DNA from: a virus
Length of the DNA: 58,408 nt
IMG/VR virus record: IMGVR_UViG_3300044497_000111
Location: 1-58,408 of that record
Strand: one strand, 5' to 3'
Made by a program: the position numbers and the translations under genes. Below are positions 1-8,050 of this stretch, in pieces. The number at the start of each line of letters is the position of its first letter. Within the stretch, counting starts at the first letter, position 1. The notes under the pieces are model-generated. The model did no database searches. It was not told the origin of the DNA and was given only the letters and a program-made list of their open reading frames with translations.

Positions 1-127
1 TCGTCGACACGCCGAAGGCCGTTCGATTCTCGATTTGCGGCTTGTCGGCCCGCACGCTCAAGCCCCAACGTAAATCGGGATCGAAGTGGGAGTACGTCGG
101 ATGAAACCGGACCTGGCCGACTTGAAT
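1..127. repeat. Terminal direct repeat, copy A (identical to 58282-58408)
   Basis: Direct reading: the first 127 nt (tcgtcgacacgcc...ggccgacttgaat) recur without mismatch as the last 127 nt of the window. Confidence 0.95.
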
Positions 128-628
128 GTTCTCGGGCTGATTGTCGAAGCGCAGACGCCAGAAGAAAAACCCGGCGGGCACATAGCCCGGCATGGTGTCG
201 AGCAGCATGTACGGGTTCTGCGGCCAGCGCCCCGCGCCGCTGCCGAGCCACGGCGGCAACACGAACGTGGCCGAAAACGCCGGACTCGAGAAATCGGCGG
301 TGTCGTTGCCTTCCAGCCGGACCGACGCGCTCGGGTAGACGGTCGGATCGGCCGCCGTCGTATGCACGAGCGCGGCAAGTTTGATCGGCTGCTTCGCCGC
401 GTAGGTAAACAGCCACGCGCCGCTGACCAACCCGACGGCGGGTTCGCCACTGGCCGTCTCGTTGATCTTCGCAACTCGCGCCGGGTTGTCGTCGACGAGC
501 GCGAGCGGCCCGTAGTCATCACCGCCGGACAGCGACGGGTCCAGATCGTTCTGAATCGTGATCGTCGCAAGACGAGCGACCTCGTCGCTGTAATGCGTAT
601 AGATCGTGTTGAAGGCAGGCGTCGGCAT
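1..628 (-). CDS. Distal-tail-type minor tail protein, 5' part (gene wraps the contig junction; 3' part is 58013-58281)
   Basis: ATG at 628-626 abuts/overlaps the TAA of the tape-measure gene (cat/tta at 626-630). The frame stays open to nt 1. After collapsing the terminal repeat it is in phase with track ORF 58013..58342 (628-61=567). Total 897 nt. It lies directly downstream of the tape measure gene. Confidence 0.6.
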   Translation of the reverse strand, partial: MPTPAFNTIYTHYSDEVARLATITIQNDLDPSLSGGDDYGPLALVDDNPARVAKINETASGEPAVGLVSGAWLFTYAAKQPIKLAALVHTTAADPTVYPSASVRLEGNDTADFSSPAFSATFVLPPWLGSGAGRWPQNPYMLLDTMPGYVPAGFFFWRLRFDNQPENIQVGQVRFHPTYSHFDPDLRWGLSVRADKPQIENRTAFGVST

Positions 629-3600
629 TAGGTGACCCCGAGCACATCTTGGAAGCGCGTGCGACTACCGGCCACGTTGTCTTCAATGGTCTGCGCCACA
701 ATCGGCACCACGCGGCGCTGCACCGTCTGCACCAGGTCGCCGTCGCTGAAGACGCCATCGACGTTGAACACCATATTCACCGTGACCGGCGGCGCCGTGG
801 CGAGCTGCGTGCCGACGTAGGCACGGCGCAAGTCGGATTCGGGAATAACGGCCTCGCGCCCGTGCAGCATGGCGAGCGTGCCCGCGCCGAAGTCCATCAC
901 GCCGCCCGACCCGGTTGCGAAGCCCGGCACTTGCGGCTCGCCCGTCGGCGCGTTCTTGTCGGGCAGCCCCGAGGGCGGGTTCACGTTGACGTCGACCTCG
1001 ACATCTTCGATCTTGTCGAGCTCGCGATTGACGCCTTCGGCGCCGGTCTTCGCGGCGGCCGGCAATTTATCTTTCAGGAATTTGGCAAGGTCTTCGAGCA
1101 CGAGCACGAGGCGGTCCGTGGCTTGCCCGACCTTCGTCATCGTCGTTTCCATCGTCGTGCCGAAGGTGAGCCCGAGCTGGCTCATGTTGGTGATTTTCTT
1201 GCCGTCCTCGTCGAAGACCTCGCCCGCGTCGATGGCGTGCTGGATGATCGAGCGCATCGACTCCGGTACTTCGACGCCCGCCTTCTTCGCGTCCTTCACG
1301 AATTCGTTGATGCTCGGCCCCATGCCGCGCATCTGCGCGTTGATTTCCACGCCCGAGTCGCGCAGCAGGATGAAGTCCTTAATGAGCGTTTGCGCTCGCT
1401 CGTTCATCTTCGCCTGCTGGAAATTTTTCCCGGCGTCCTTGAAGGCGATGCCGTACTTGTCGAGAGCGCCCCCGACGTCCTCGTAATTCTTTTTCTGTTT
1501 GGCGAGCTCGTCGTTGAGCGTCTTGATGGCGCCGAGATAGCCTTCCGTCGTGCTCTCGTCGAAGACCTTGTCGAGCGCCTCCTGCACTCCCGGCGTGATC
1601 GTGGTGACGCCCTCGAGACTCGCCTTGAACGTCTCGACGGCGGGCATGAGTTCGTCTTCGAAGAGGCGTATCTGCTCTTCCCACTTCGCGTTGTACTCGT
1701 CGAGAATGCCATTCAGGTTCGCGAGCGCCTTCTGGTATTCCTCCGGGTTCCGGGCATCGAACACGGCCTGCACCGCCTCGACGTTGCCGGTCATTTCCTG
1801 CACGCGGGGATTGATCGACTCCAACCCGCCTTGGAGCAGGAAGAATTGTTCGCGCAGCCGATTGACTTCCTTGTGCGCGGCTTGTTCCTTCAGCGCCTTG
1901 AACCCGCGATAGACGCCGTACACGCCGAGCGCAACGGCGCCGATGATCGGCACGGCCTGCGCCATCGTCAGCCCGGTCGCGGCCACGCCCGTCCCTGCGC
2001 CGACGTCAATCGCGGTTCCGGCAATCACGGGAATCGCCGGGGTCGCCGCCGCCGCCACCCCGCCCGCCGCCACCGTGCTCGCCGCCGCCGTGCCTGCGAC
2101 GGCCGTCGACACGTACGAACTGGCGGCCCCACCCGCGATATTCGCCGCCGCCCTGCCGGCGAAGGCCTTCGCAATCACCCCGGCGAGGTCTTTCCCGAAA
2201 TCGATCAACACGTCCTGAAACCGCCGAATCAGCGGGTCGAGCACCGCGTCGGCGATCTGTACGCCGAGTCCTTTCATGGCGCCGATGAACCCGCCGCCGC
2301 CCGTGAACGCACTGACGAGCAGTTTCGGAATGCCGTCGAAGACCTGTTTGAGATTCTTGCCGACGGCTTGCATGGCCGTCACCGCTTCGTCGCGTTGCTT
2401 CTGGAAGATGGCGCCGATCTGCGAGGCGACCCCGTTGATCTCGTCAATCGCCGTGGCGGCGTCCTGCGCCCCGACCTCGACGTCATCCAGCGATGAGGCG
2501 ATGAACCGGAATTGGGCTTCGACGTGGTCGAATTGCTCGCCGAGCTCGATGGCTTCCGCCGCATCTTCGATGGCTTGGAACGCCAGCGCCAGTTTGTAGA
2601 ACTCGTCGCGAATGTCTTCGAGCTGTTCCTTTTCCTGTTTCGCCGCGTCGGCGGCGGCCTTCATCGCCGTTTCGTTGCGGTCGAGCTGATCGTTGAAGAG
2701 GTCGATGGCGAGCGTGCTCAATTGGAATTTGGTTTTGAGCTCGTCGACTTCGAAGTGCCCGGACTTGACCGCCGTCACGAAGTCGGCGAATTCCTTCGGC
2801 CGGTCTTTCGCGAATTTGTCGAGCTCCGCCTGCGCGTCGGCGAGCTTTTGGCCGAACGTCTGCGCGACCGGGATGGCGATCCCTAAATTCTTGGCGAGGG
2901 ATGCGATATTGATGTCGACGGTCGTGACGCCGTCGGCCAAGTCCTGCCCGTGGAGCGCCGCCGCTGCCTGCGCGTCTGCGAGGGTGATGATCTTTTTGGC
3001 AACTTCCTCGACCGGCTTCCCGGTCTGCCCGATCTTGTCCGCCGAGTTTTTCGCCGCCTCGGCCGCCGCTGCCAGATCGGCCTTGAGCTTGTCGGTCATC
3101 TCCGCGACGAAGATCGCCGTGCCCGCGATGCCGAGACCAATCAGGCCCGCCTTGCCACCTTGGGCGAGGATGCCCAAGAGGCCAGACCCGATCTCGACGT
3201 TCCGCATCGCGATGAGCGCCCCCCTCAACGTGTTGATGAGGCCGGTGAGCGCACGGGCGCCGACGCCGCCCTTGCCGAACGCCAACGTCAGTGTGCCCAC
3301 GCTCTCGATGAGCTGCCCGGTCACCCAGAGCGCCGGACCCAACGCCGCGCCGAGGCCGCCGAGAATCAGGAAGGCGGCTTGGATTTCCCCCGGCAGTGCC
3401 TTGAACGCCTGCGCGATCCCGTCGATGTAGGGCAGCAATTTGCCCAGCCACTCGATCATGGTTTTGATCGCGGGGATCATGGCATCGCCGAGCGTGATGG
3501 CGACGTCGTTGATCTGGTTCCACAGGAGCTTCAATTGGTTCGCCGTGGTCGCGTACTTTTTCTGCGCTTCCTCGAGATGTTTGTTGCTGGTCTCGTAGCC

Positions 3601-4632
3601 CTCATTCGCAAATTTGAGCGCCGTCGCCACCCCGTCGGTCTGCCCGGCCATCCGTTTCAGCATGTCCTGTATGCGAATGCCTTCGGTGCCGAGCTCGCCC
3701 ATCGTCAAGTTCAAGTCGACGCCGCGCTCGCGCATCGAGGACAAGCCGTTGAGGAACGTGTTGACGGCTTCGACGGGCTTGGTCTTCCATTTCGCCGCGA
3801 AGTCCTCGGCCGACAGGCCCGCGACCTTGGCGAATTCCGCGAGCGACTCGCCGCCCTTCGACACGGCGTTCGACATCTTGCTGATGAGCGTCGACATCGC
3901 CGTGCCGCCCGCCTCCGCGCTGATGCCGACGTTCGCCATCGCCGTGCCGATTGCCATGACTTCCGGCACGGTCATGCCGACGGCGTTGCCTGCGCCGATG
4001 AGGCGCTTGGTGAATTCGAGGATGTCCCCTTCCGTGGCGTTGCTGTTGTTGCCCAGGTGGACGAGCGCCGACGCCATCTTGTCGATGTTCTGGGTGCCCT
4101 GCCCGGTGGCATTCCCAATCGAGGCCAGCCCCGCTGCGGCCTCTTCGGTGCTGATGCCGTCGACGGCTACGCCGAGCGCGGCGACGTTCTTGGTGAATTT
4201 CTCGAGCTGGGCCGTCGGCACGCCCATCTGCCCGCCGAGCGCGGCGATGGCGGTGAGCTCGTCGGTCGTCGCGGGGATCGACTTCGCCATGTCGCGAAAC
4301 GTCTGCGCGAGCGCCTTGCCGGTTTCGGTCAGCTTGCCGGAACTGTCCGAGACGCCGTCAACGGTCTTCGCGACGTTGGCGAACGACGATTCGAATTGGA
4401 TGGCGGCTTTCGCGGCGGCGCCGCCGAACGCGACGAGCGGCAGCGTGATCGTTTTCGTGAGGGCCATGCCGACGCCTTGCATCTGTCGGCCGGTCTGCTG
4501 GAAGTCGCGCCCGATCTTGCTGAATTCCTTCTGCATCGAGCGCACGGAGTCCGCCGCTTTGCCCAGGTCGCGCTGGAATTGGGCAATCGTCGCGGAGAGT
4601 TCCGCCCGGAGAGACCCGATGACGGCGGCCAT
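628..4632 (-). CDS. Tail tape measure protein (1334 aa)
   Basis: Longest ORF of the tail module. N-terminal ...FESSFANVAKTVDG... TP901-type tape-measure core, Gly/Ala-rich hydrophobic centre and long coiled-coil stretches. It follows the G/T chaperone pair. Confidence 0.9.
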   Translation of the reverse strand: MAAVIGSLRAELSATIAQFQRDLGKAADSVRSMQKEFSKIGRDFQQTGRQMQGVGMALTKTITLPLVAFGGAAAKAAIQFESSFANVAKTVDGVSDSSGKLTETGKALAQTFRDMAKSIPATTDELTAIAALGGQMGVPTAQLEKFTKNVAALGVAVDGISTEEAAAGLASIGNATGQGTQNIDKMASALVHLGNNSNATEGDILEFTKRLIGAGNAVGMTVPEVMAIGTAMANVGISAEAGGTAMSTLISKMSNAVSKGGESLAEFAKVAGLSAEDFAAKWKTKPVEAVNTFLNGLSSMRERGVDLNLTMGELGTEGIRIQDMLKRMAGQTDGVATALKFANEGYETSNKHLEEAQKKYATTANQLKLLWNQINDVAITLGDAMIPAIKTMIEWLGKLLPYIDGIAQAFKALPGEIQAAFLILGGLGAALGPALWVTGQLIESVGTLTLAFGKGGVGARALTGLINTLRGALIAMRNVEIGSGLLGILAQGGKAGLIGLGIAGTAIFVAEMTDKLKADLAAAAEAAKNSADKIGQTGKPVEEVAKKIITLADAQAAAALHGQDLADGVTTVDINIASLAKNLGIAIPVAQTFGQKLADAQAELDKFAKDRPKEFADFVTAVKSGHFEVDELKTKFQLSTLAIDLFNDQLDRNETAMKAAADAAKQEKEQLEDIRDEFYKLALAFQAIEDAAEAIELGEQFDHVEAQFRFIASSLDDVEVGAQDAATAIDEINGVASQIGAIFQKQRDEAVTAMQAVGKNLKQVFDGIPKLLVSAFTGGGGFIGAMKGLGVQIADAVLDPLIRRFQDVLIDFGKDLAGVIAKAFAGRAAANIAGGAASSYVSTAVAGTAAASTVAAGGVAAAATPAIPVIAGTAIDVGAGTGVAATGLTMAQAVPIIGAVALGVYGVYRGFKALKEQAAHKEVNRLREQFFLLQGGLESINPRVQEMTGNVEAVQAVFDARNPEEYQKALANLNGILDEYNAKWEEQIRLFEDELMPAVETFKASLEGVTTITPGVQEALDKVFDESTTEGYLGAIKTLNDELAKQKKNYEDVGGALDKYGIAFKDAGKNFQQAKMNERAQTLIKDFILLRDSGVEINAQMRGMGPSINEFVKDAKKAGVEVPESMRSIIQHAIDAGEVFDEDGKKITNMSQLGLTFGTTMETTMTKVGQATDRLVLVLEDLAKFLKDKLPAAAKTGAEGVNRELDKIEDVEVDVNVNPPSGLPDKNAPTGEPQVPGFATGSGGVMDFGAGTLAMLHGREAVIPESDLRRAYVGTQLATAPPVTVNMVFNVDGVFSDGDLVQTVQRRVVPIVAQTIEDNVAGSRTRFQDVLGVT

Positions 4633-4932
4633 TTACGTGCGCCGTTTGACTTTCGGTTTCACGGGCGCCGTCCGCCGTTGCTGATGTTTGCGGAATTGTT
4701 CCATTTGTCGTTTCCGGGCGGCCTTCTGTTCCTGCCATGACGGGCGCGGCGTGTCGACTCGCCGTCGCGACGAACCCAGTAATCGGTCGCGGTAGTACGC
4801 GTAGTCGTGGAGCTTGCCCGCCTTCGCCGACGAATTGAACGCCGCCACGTGCCACGCCGTGAAGAGTCCCAATTCGTACAGCCATTCCCGCTGTTTGCTG
4901 GCACTCCGAAACAGCAACGTCATTTCGTGCAA
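4633..4932 (-). CDS. Tail assembly chaperone, -1 frame segment (gpT-like; probably made as a G-T fusion)
   Basis: This frame is -1 relative to 4968..5375 and stays open upstream of its first ATG back to the A6 run at 5007-5012. The upstream in-frame peptide ...LGISPDQFWGARSLHEM... looks like part of the domain. Confidence 0.6.
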   Translation of the reverse strand: MHEMTLLFRSASKQREWLYELGLFTAWHVAAFNSSAKAGKLHDYAYYRDRLLGSSRRRVDTPRPSWQEQKAARKRQMEQFRKHQQRRTAPVKPKVKRRT

Positions 4933-4967
4933 CGAACGGGCGCCCCAGAATTGGTCGGGCGAAATCC

Positions 4968-5375
4968 CTAAGTCTGCGGCGTCGATAAGGAGTCGGCCGA
5001 GTCCCGTTTTTTCTTCGCCGACCCCTTCCGAGGGTTTGCCCCATTCCCATTGCTGCCGCCGCGTAACGACGACTGCAGACTGGCGGTGAAGCCCTCCACG
5101 GTCGCCTTCATGCCGCAGTCGTCAATCAGATCGCCCGCGTCGAGCTCGCTGATGTCGTCGCCGACGACCGACGCCTGCACCATCTTGCGCAGGTCGATGA
5201 GGCTGAAATCGCCGCCGCCGCCCTTCATCAACCTGGCGAGCAGGCTGTTGAGCGTCGGCTCGTTGAACGCTTCCTGCATACGCGCCAACGCATTCGTGCC
5301 CAGCCGAATCGTGTACGTCTTGCCGCTATCGCCGGTCAGCGCGACTTCGCCGCGCAGGGGATTGTTGGTGCTCAC
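4968..5375 (-). CDS. Tail assembly chaperone (gpG-like, GTA-type)
   Basis: N-terminus NPLRGEVALTGDSGKTYTIRLGTNALARMQE resembles GTA/HK97-type tail assembly chaperones. It lies between the tail tube region and the tape measure gene. Confidence 0.7.
   Translation of the reverse strand: MSTNNPLRGEVALTGDSGKTYTIRLGTNALARMQEAFNEPTLNSLLARLMKGGGGDFSLIDLRKMVQASVVGDDISELDAGDLIDDCGMKATVEGFTASLQSSLRGGSNGNGANPRKGSAKKKRDSADSLSTPQT
5006..5016 (-). other. Candidate -1 programmed ribosomal frameshift site (GAAGAAAAAAC)
   Basis: Zero-frame codons are aag aaa aaa cgg, 12 codons before the gpG-like stop. After a -1 slip the frame reads KKTGLGRLLIDAADLGISPDQFW... with no stop and joins ORF 4633..4932. Confidence 0.6.
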
Positions 5376-5388
5376 AAGTCACACACTC

Positions 5389-5814
5389 CTATTTCCGATT
5401 GAGGCGGGTCGCCGCCGCCTCGATCCGTTTCCCGAGCTCGACGCCGTAGCGATGGATCGTCGCTTCGGCGTACTCGTCGAACGCCGGCCGCATGAACGGC
5501 TGCGCCTGTTGATGCACGGTGCCGAATTCCGAAAACAAGCCATAGAAGTGCTTGCCATCCGGCCCGAGCGCGTACGTGATTTCGACGTCGTTGTCGCCCG
5601 TCTCGGGCTTCATCTTGCGCAGCTTGATGCTGTCGGCCATGTGGCCGTGCTTCCCCGGATTCGACGACCGGGGGGCTTCCTGCTGCGCGGCGGCCTCCAT
5701 CGGCTTCGCCGCATCGCGCAACGCCTGCGCCATGACCTTGCCCGCGATTTCTTCGGGCAATTTCCGCAGCGCCTTTTCGAGCTCCTCGAAGCCCGACATC
5801 TTGATCGTGAACAT
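5389..5814 (-). CDS. HK97 gp10-family head-tail/tail component
   Basis: MFTIKMSGFEELEKALRKL...FYGLFSEFGTVHQQAQPFMRPA matches the HK97-gp10-like pattern (..EfGT...qPFl.pA). Only the last 141 codons of track ORF 5389..6573 look coding. Confidence 0.7.
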   Translation of the reverse strand: MFTIKMSGFEELEKALRKLPEEIAGKVMAQALRDAAKPMEAAAQQEAPRSSNPGKHGHMADSIKLRKMKPETGDNDVEITYALGPDGKHFYGLFSEFGTVHQQAQPFMRPAFDEYAEATIHRYGVELGKRIEAAATRLNRK

Positions 5815-5825
5815 CGCCGCCCGTC

Positions 5826-6581
5826 CTAGACGGCGATGCCCGTGTACCACGCCGGAGTCGGTGTCGTCTTCCAGTGCGCGGTCGTCGTGTCGAGCAGCAC
5901 GACGTGCTGACCGGTCGTCCACGTCGTCGCCGGATTCGCCACGATGCCCGTCATGGCGGCGAAATTCGCCGGGGTCACCGCGCCCGATGGCGTAAACGAG
6001 CCGGGGGTGCCCGCGTCCGCCCCCGTGGCAAGGACCGCGCCCGTGCCTTCGAATTCGATGTCGCCCGTGATCTGATACGTCACGTTCAATTGCAGCTTGC
6101 CGCCGACGTCCTGGCCGGTCTTCTCGGCGCTCGCGATGTAGCCGAAGTAATCCCAGCCGTTGCCGTCGGGGAACACTTCGCGCAGGGAGAATTCCTCCTG
6201 CGAATCCAAGTACGCCAGCAATTGCACGTGCGAGGCGTTCTCGGGAATGTACTGAATCGTGAACGACAGAATGCCCGAGTCGATGAAGCTCGGCTTGTAC
6301 TCGCGCCGCCGGTTCGGGCTGCGGAGATGCGTGAAGTCGATCCGCTCGGTCGTGCCGCCGCCGCCGCTGATGTTGGTGACCTCGGCGATTTCGGAGTACC
6401 CCGCCGGGGCCAGTCCCGGCTCGTCCGCCATCAGCAGATACGATCCCTGTGCGGGCAAGCCGTCGCTCCCGCCTGCGATGTACGGCACGGCGTAGACGAA
6501 CGGCCGCGAGAGGCCGACGCCATACCACCACCGGCGCACACGCACGAAAAACATTCCCCTGCCAACATCCCATCGCTTCAT
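5826..6581 (-). CDS. Major tail (tube) protein candidate
   Basis: 251-aa ORF with a strong SD (AAGGAGAG) 6 nt before ATG 6581. It sits between the tail-completion and chaperone genes and has a Thr/Gly-rich C-terminal extension. Confidence 0.6.
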   Translation of the reverse strand: MKRWDVGRGMFFVRVRRWWYGVGLSRPFVYAVPYIAGGSDGLPAQGSYLLMADEPGLAPAGYSEIAEVTNISGGGGTTERIDFTHLRSPNRRREYKPSFIDSGILSFTIQYIPENASHVQLLAYLDSQEEFSLREVFPDGNGWDYFGYIASAEKTGQDVGGKLQLNVTYQITGDIEFEGTGAVLATGADAGTPGSFTPSGAVTPANFAAMTGIVANPATTWTTGQHVVLLDTTTAHWKTTPTPAWYTGIAV

Positions 6582-6615
6582 GGTCGCTCTCCTTTTGTTT
6601 GCCGTCGTCGTGTTG

Positions 6616-7071
6616 TTACGCCGGTCCCTGTCCCGTCTGGTGCCAAATCAAGTAATCCGCCGAGTACCGATAGAAGCCGCTCGTGGCGCCTTCGCCTTCG
6701 TCGAATTCGTCGCGGTCGAGCGCCAATTCGAACGCGAAGCGGCGCCATGCGGGCGGCAGCACGCTCGTGTCGAGCAAATCGACCGTGGCGCCCTCGAGAC
6801 GCTCGCGCAGCAGTTCGCCGATCTGCTGGCTGACTTCGAAGGCACTCCCCTGCCCTTCCTTCGTCCAGACGTCGAACTGGTACCGGGGCCGGGAGAGACT
6901 GGCTCGGCCGCCGCGCAGGGGCGGCCCCGACTCGCCCGATACCCGCGTCAACGTCAGCGCCGGGAAGATCGCCGTCTGCGGCACTTTCAGCGGGTAGACG
7001 CGGGTGCCCAGCACCAACGCGAGCGCCGGGTCCGCGAGAATGAAATCGCGCACCATGCCGAAGACGTTCAC
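6616..7071 (-). CDS. Tail completion protein (DUF3168-like)
   Basis: 151 aa. Its position and the pattern ...RVYPLKVPQ...FPALTL... resemble DUF3168 tail-completion proteins. 4-nt overlap with the upstream gene. Confidence 0.55.
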   Translation of the reverse strand: MNVFGMVRDFILADPALALVLGTRVYPLKVPQTAIFPALTLTRVSGESGPPLRGGRASLSRPRYQFDVWTKEGQGSAFEVSQQIGELLRERLEGATVDLLDTSVLPPAWRRFAFELALDRDEFDEGEGATSGFYRYSADYLIWHQTGQGPA

Positions 7072-7418
7072 GGGCGGTCTCCACGCCCGACGACCGGAAT
7101 CAGCCAGCCGTCATGGCGCCCGACTTCGACCGGCGGCTTGATGTCGTAGAGCATTCCTTCGAACAGCACGCGTTGCGTCTCGGGCACCGGCCGGTCGATG
7201 TACTCGACGCGGAAGACGCCGTCGATCAACGTGCCCAGCCGTTGCTGCGCGAAGTAGGCTTCCCGCGTCGACCCCGGCAGCCACTGCGCGTAGAGCGTCA
7301 ATTGGTTCGCCGTCCAGTCGATCAGCTCTTCGCCCGTGTCCGGGTCTTGCGTGATCGTCGCGGTCTGCAAGGTGATCTCGCGGTCGCGCAGGCCGGGATC
7401 GGAACTCACGAGCGTCAT
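7068..7418 (-). CDS. Head-tail adaptor / head closure protein (Phage_H_T_join-like)
   Basis: 116 aa. REITLQ...DPDTGEELIDW...LYAQW...REAYFAQQ...FRVEY fits the SPP1 gp16/HK97 gp9-type pattern. Overlaps both neighbours by 4 nt. Confidence 0.7.
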   Translation of the reverse strand: MTLVSSDPGLRDREITLQTATITQDPDTGEELIDWTANQLTLYAQWLPGSTREAYFAQQRLGTLIDGVFRVEYIDRPVPETQRVLFEGMLYDIKPPVEVGRHDGWLIPVVGRGDRP

Positions 7419-8050
7419 GCCGTCACCAGTCGGCGCTTCGACGGCAGCGCGTAGTACTTGAATTGCCGCATGATCGATTCGGCGCCGATGGGCAGCACCG
7501 CGAGCGTGCCGCCGCGTGTTTGCGGCACCACTTCGGTGCGATGCGTATGGAAATGCGCGGCGAGAAAATACAGGGCGCCGCGAATCAATTCGGGCACGTC
7601 ACCGGGCTGCGCCCCGTAGCCGCAGCGATACCGAATGCGGACGGTGCCCCGGTCGGCCGTGACGGTCGGCCACGTGCCGCCACTGAGCGGCCGGATGCTG
7701 CCGCGTCGAGCGTAGGGACCGACCGGCGCCGTCACGCGATAGTCGGTGTCCGCGACGAGCACGGTGTCGTCGTCGCCATAGGTCACGCTCAACACGTCCA
7801 AGAGCGGCGGCAGCGGCAATTCGATCACGCCTGCGGGGAAGCCTTCGATCTGGTATTCCCACGTCGCGTCGATAAGCTGGCGCCCCGTGTACTCTTCGAA
7901 CATCTGCCGCGCCATCGCGATATAGGTCGTGATGAGCGCGTCCTCACCCGACGTCACGACCTTGATCTGCTTCTTCATCTCGACGAGGCTGATCGGTTCG
8001 ACCGCTGGCGGCGTGATCAACGAGAGGTCCGAGTACAGTGGCGTGATCAC
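7415..8050 (-). CDS. Head-tail connector (gp6-like, Phage_connect_1-type)
   Basis: ISLVEMKKQIKVVTSGEDALITTYIAMARQMFEEYTGRQL is the classic gp6-like N-terminus. GTG 8050 forms a GTGA overlap with the upstream stop. The track ORF start at 8221 lies inside the collagen-like gene. Confidence 0.7.
   Translation of the reverse strand: MITPLYSDLSLITPPAVEPISLVEMKKQIKVVTSGEDALITTYIAMARQMFEEYTGRQLIDATWEYQIEGFPAGVIELPLPPLLDVLSVTYGDDDTVLVADTDYRVTAPVGPYARRGSIRPLSGGTWPTVTADRGTVRIRYRCGYGAQPGDVPELIRGALYFLAAHFHTHRTEVVPQTRGGTLAVLPIGAESIMRQFKYYALPSKRRLVTA

Noticed and set aside
1-127. A biological direct terminal repeat (T7-like DTR)
   Set aside because: The length equals a common assembler k-mer overlap, and the repeat lies inside an ordinary tail-gene coding sequence. 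The terS/terL/HNH set points to cos packaging with a site elsewhere. This cannot be fully excluded without reads.
58-4740. Long ORFs overlapping the tape measure and distal tail genes (58..570 -, 86..631 +, 649..2496 +, 2483..3523 -, 2950..4740 +, 3614..4684 +)
   Set aside because: All are Arg/Pro/Gly-rich shadow frames of clearly coding minus-strand genes. None has an SD or a motif.
5389-6573. The 394-aa ORF as a single gene
   Set aside because: Its first ~250 codons overlap the SD-preceded major tail gene in another frame and read as Arg/Gly-rich junk. Only the last 141 codons (from ATG 5814) match the HK97 gp10 family.
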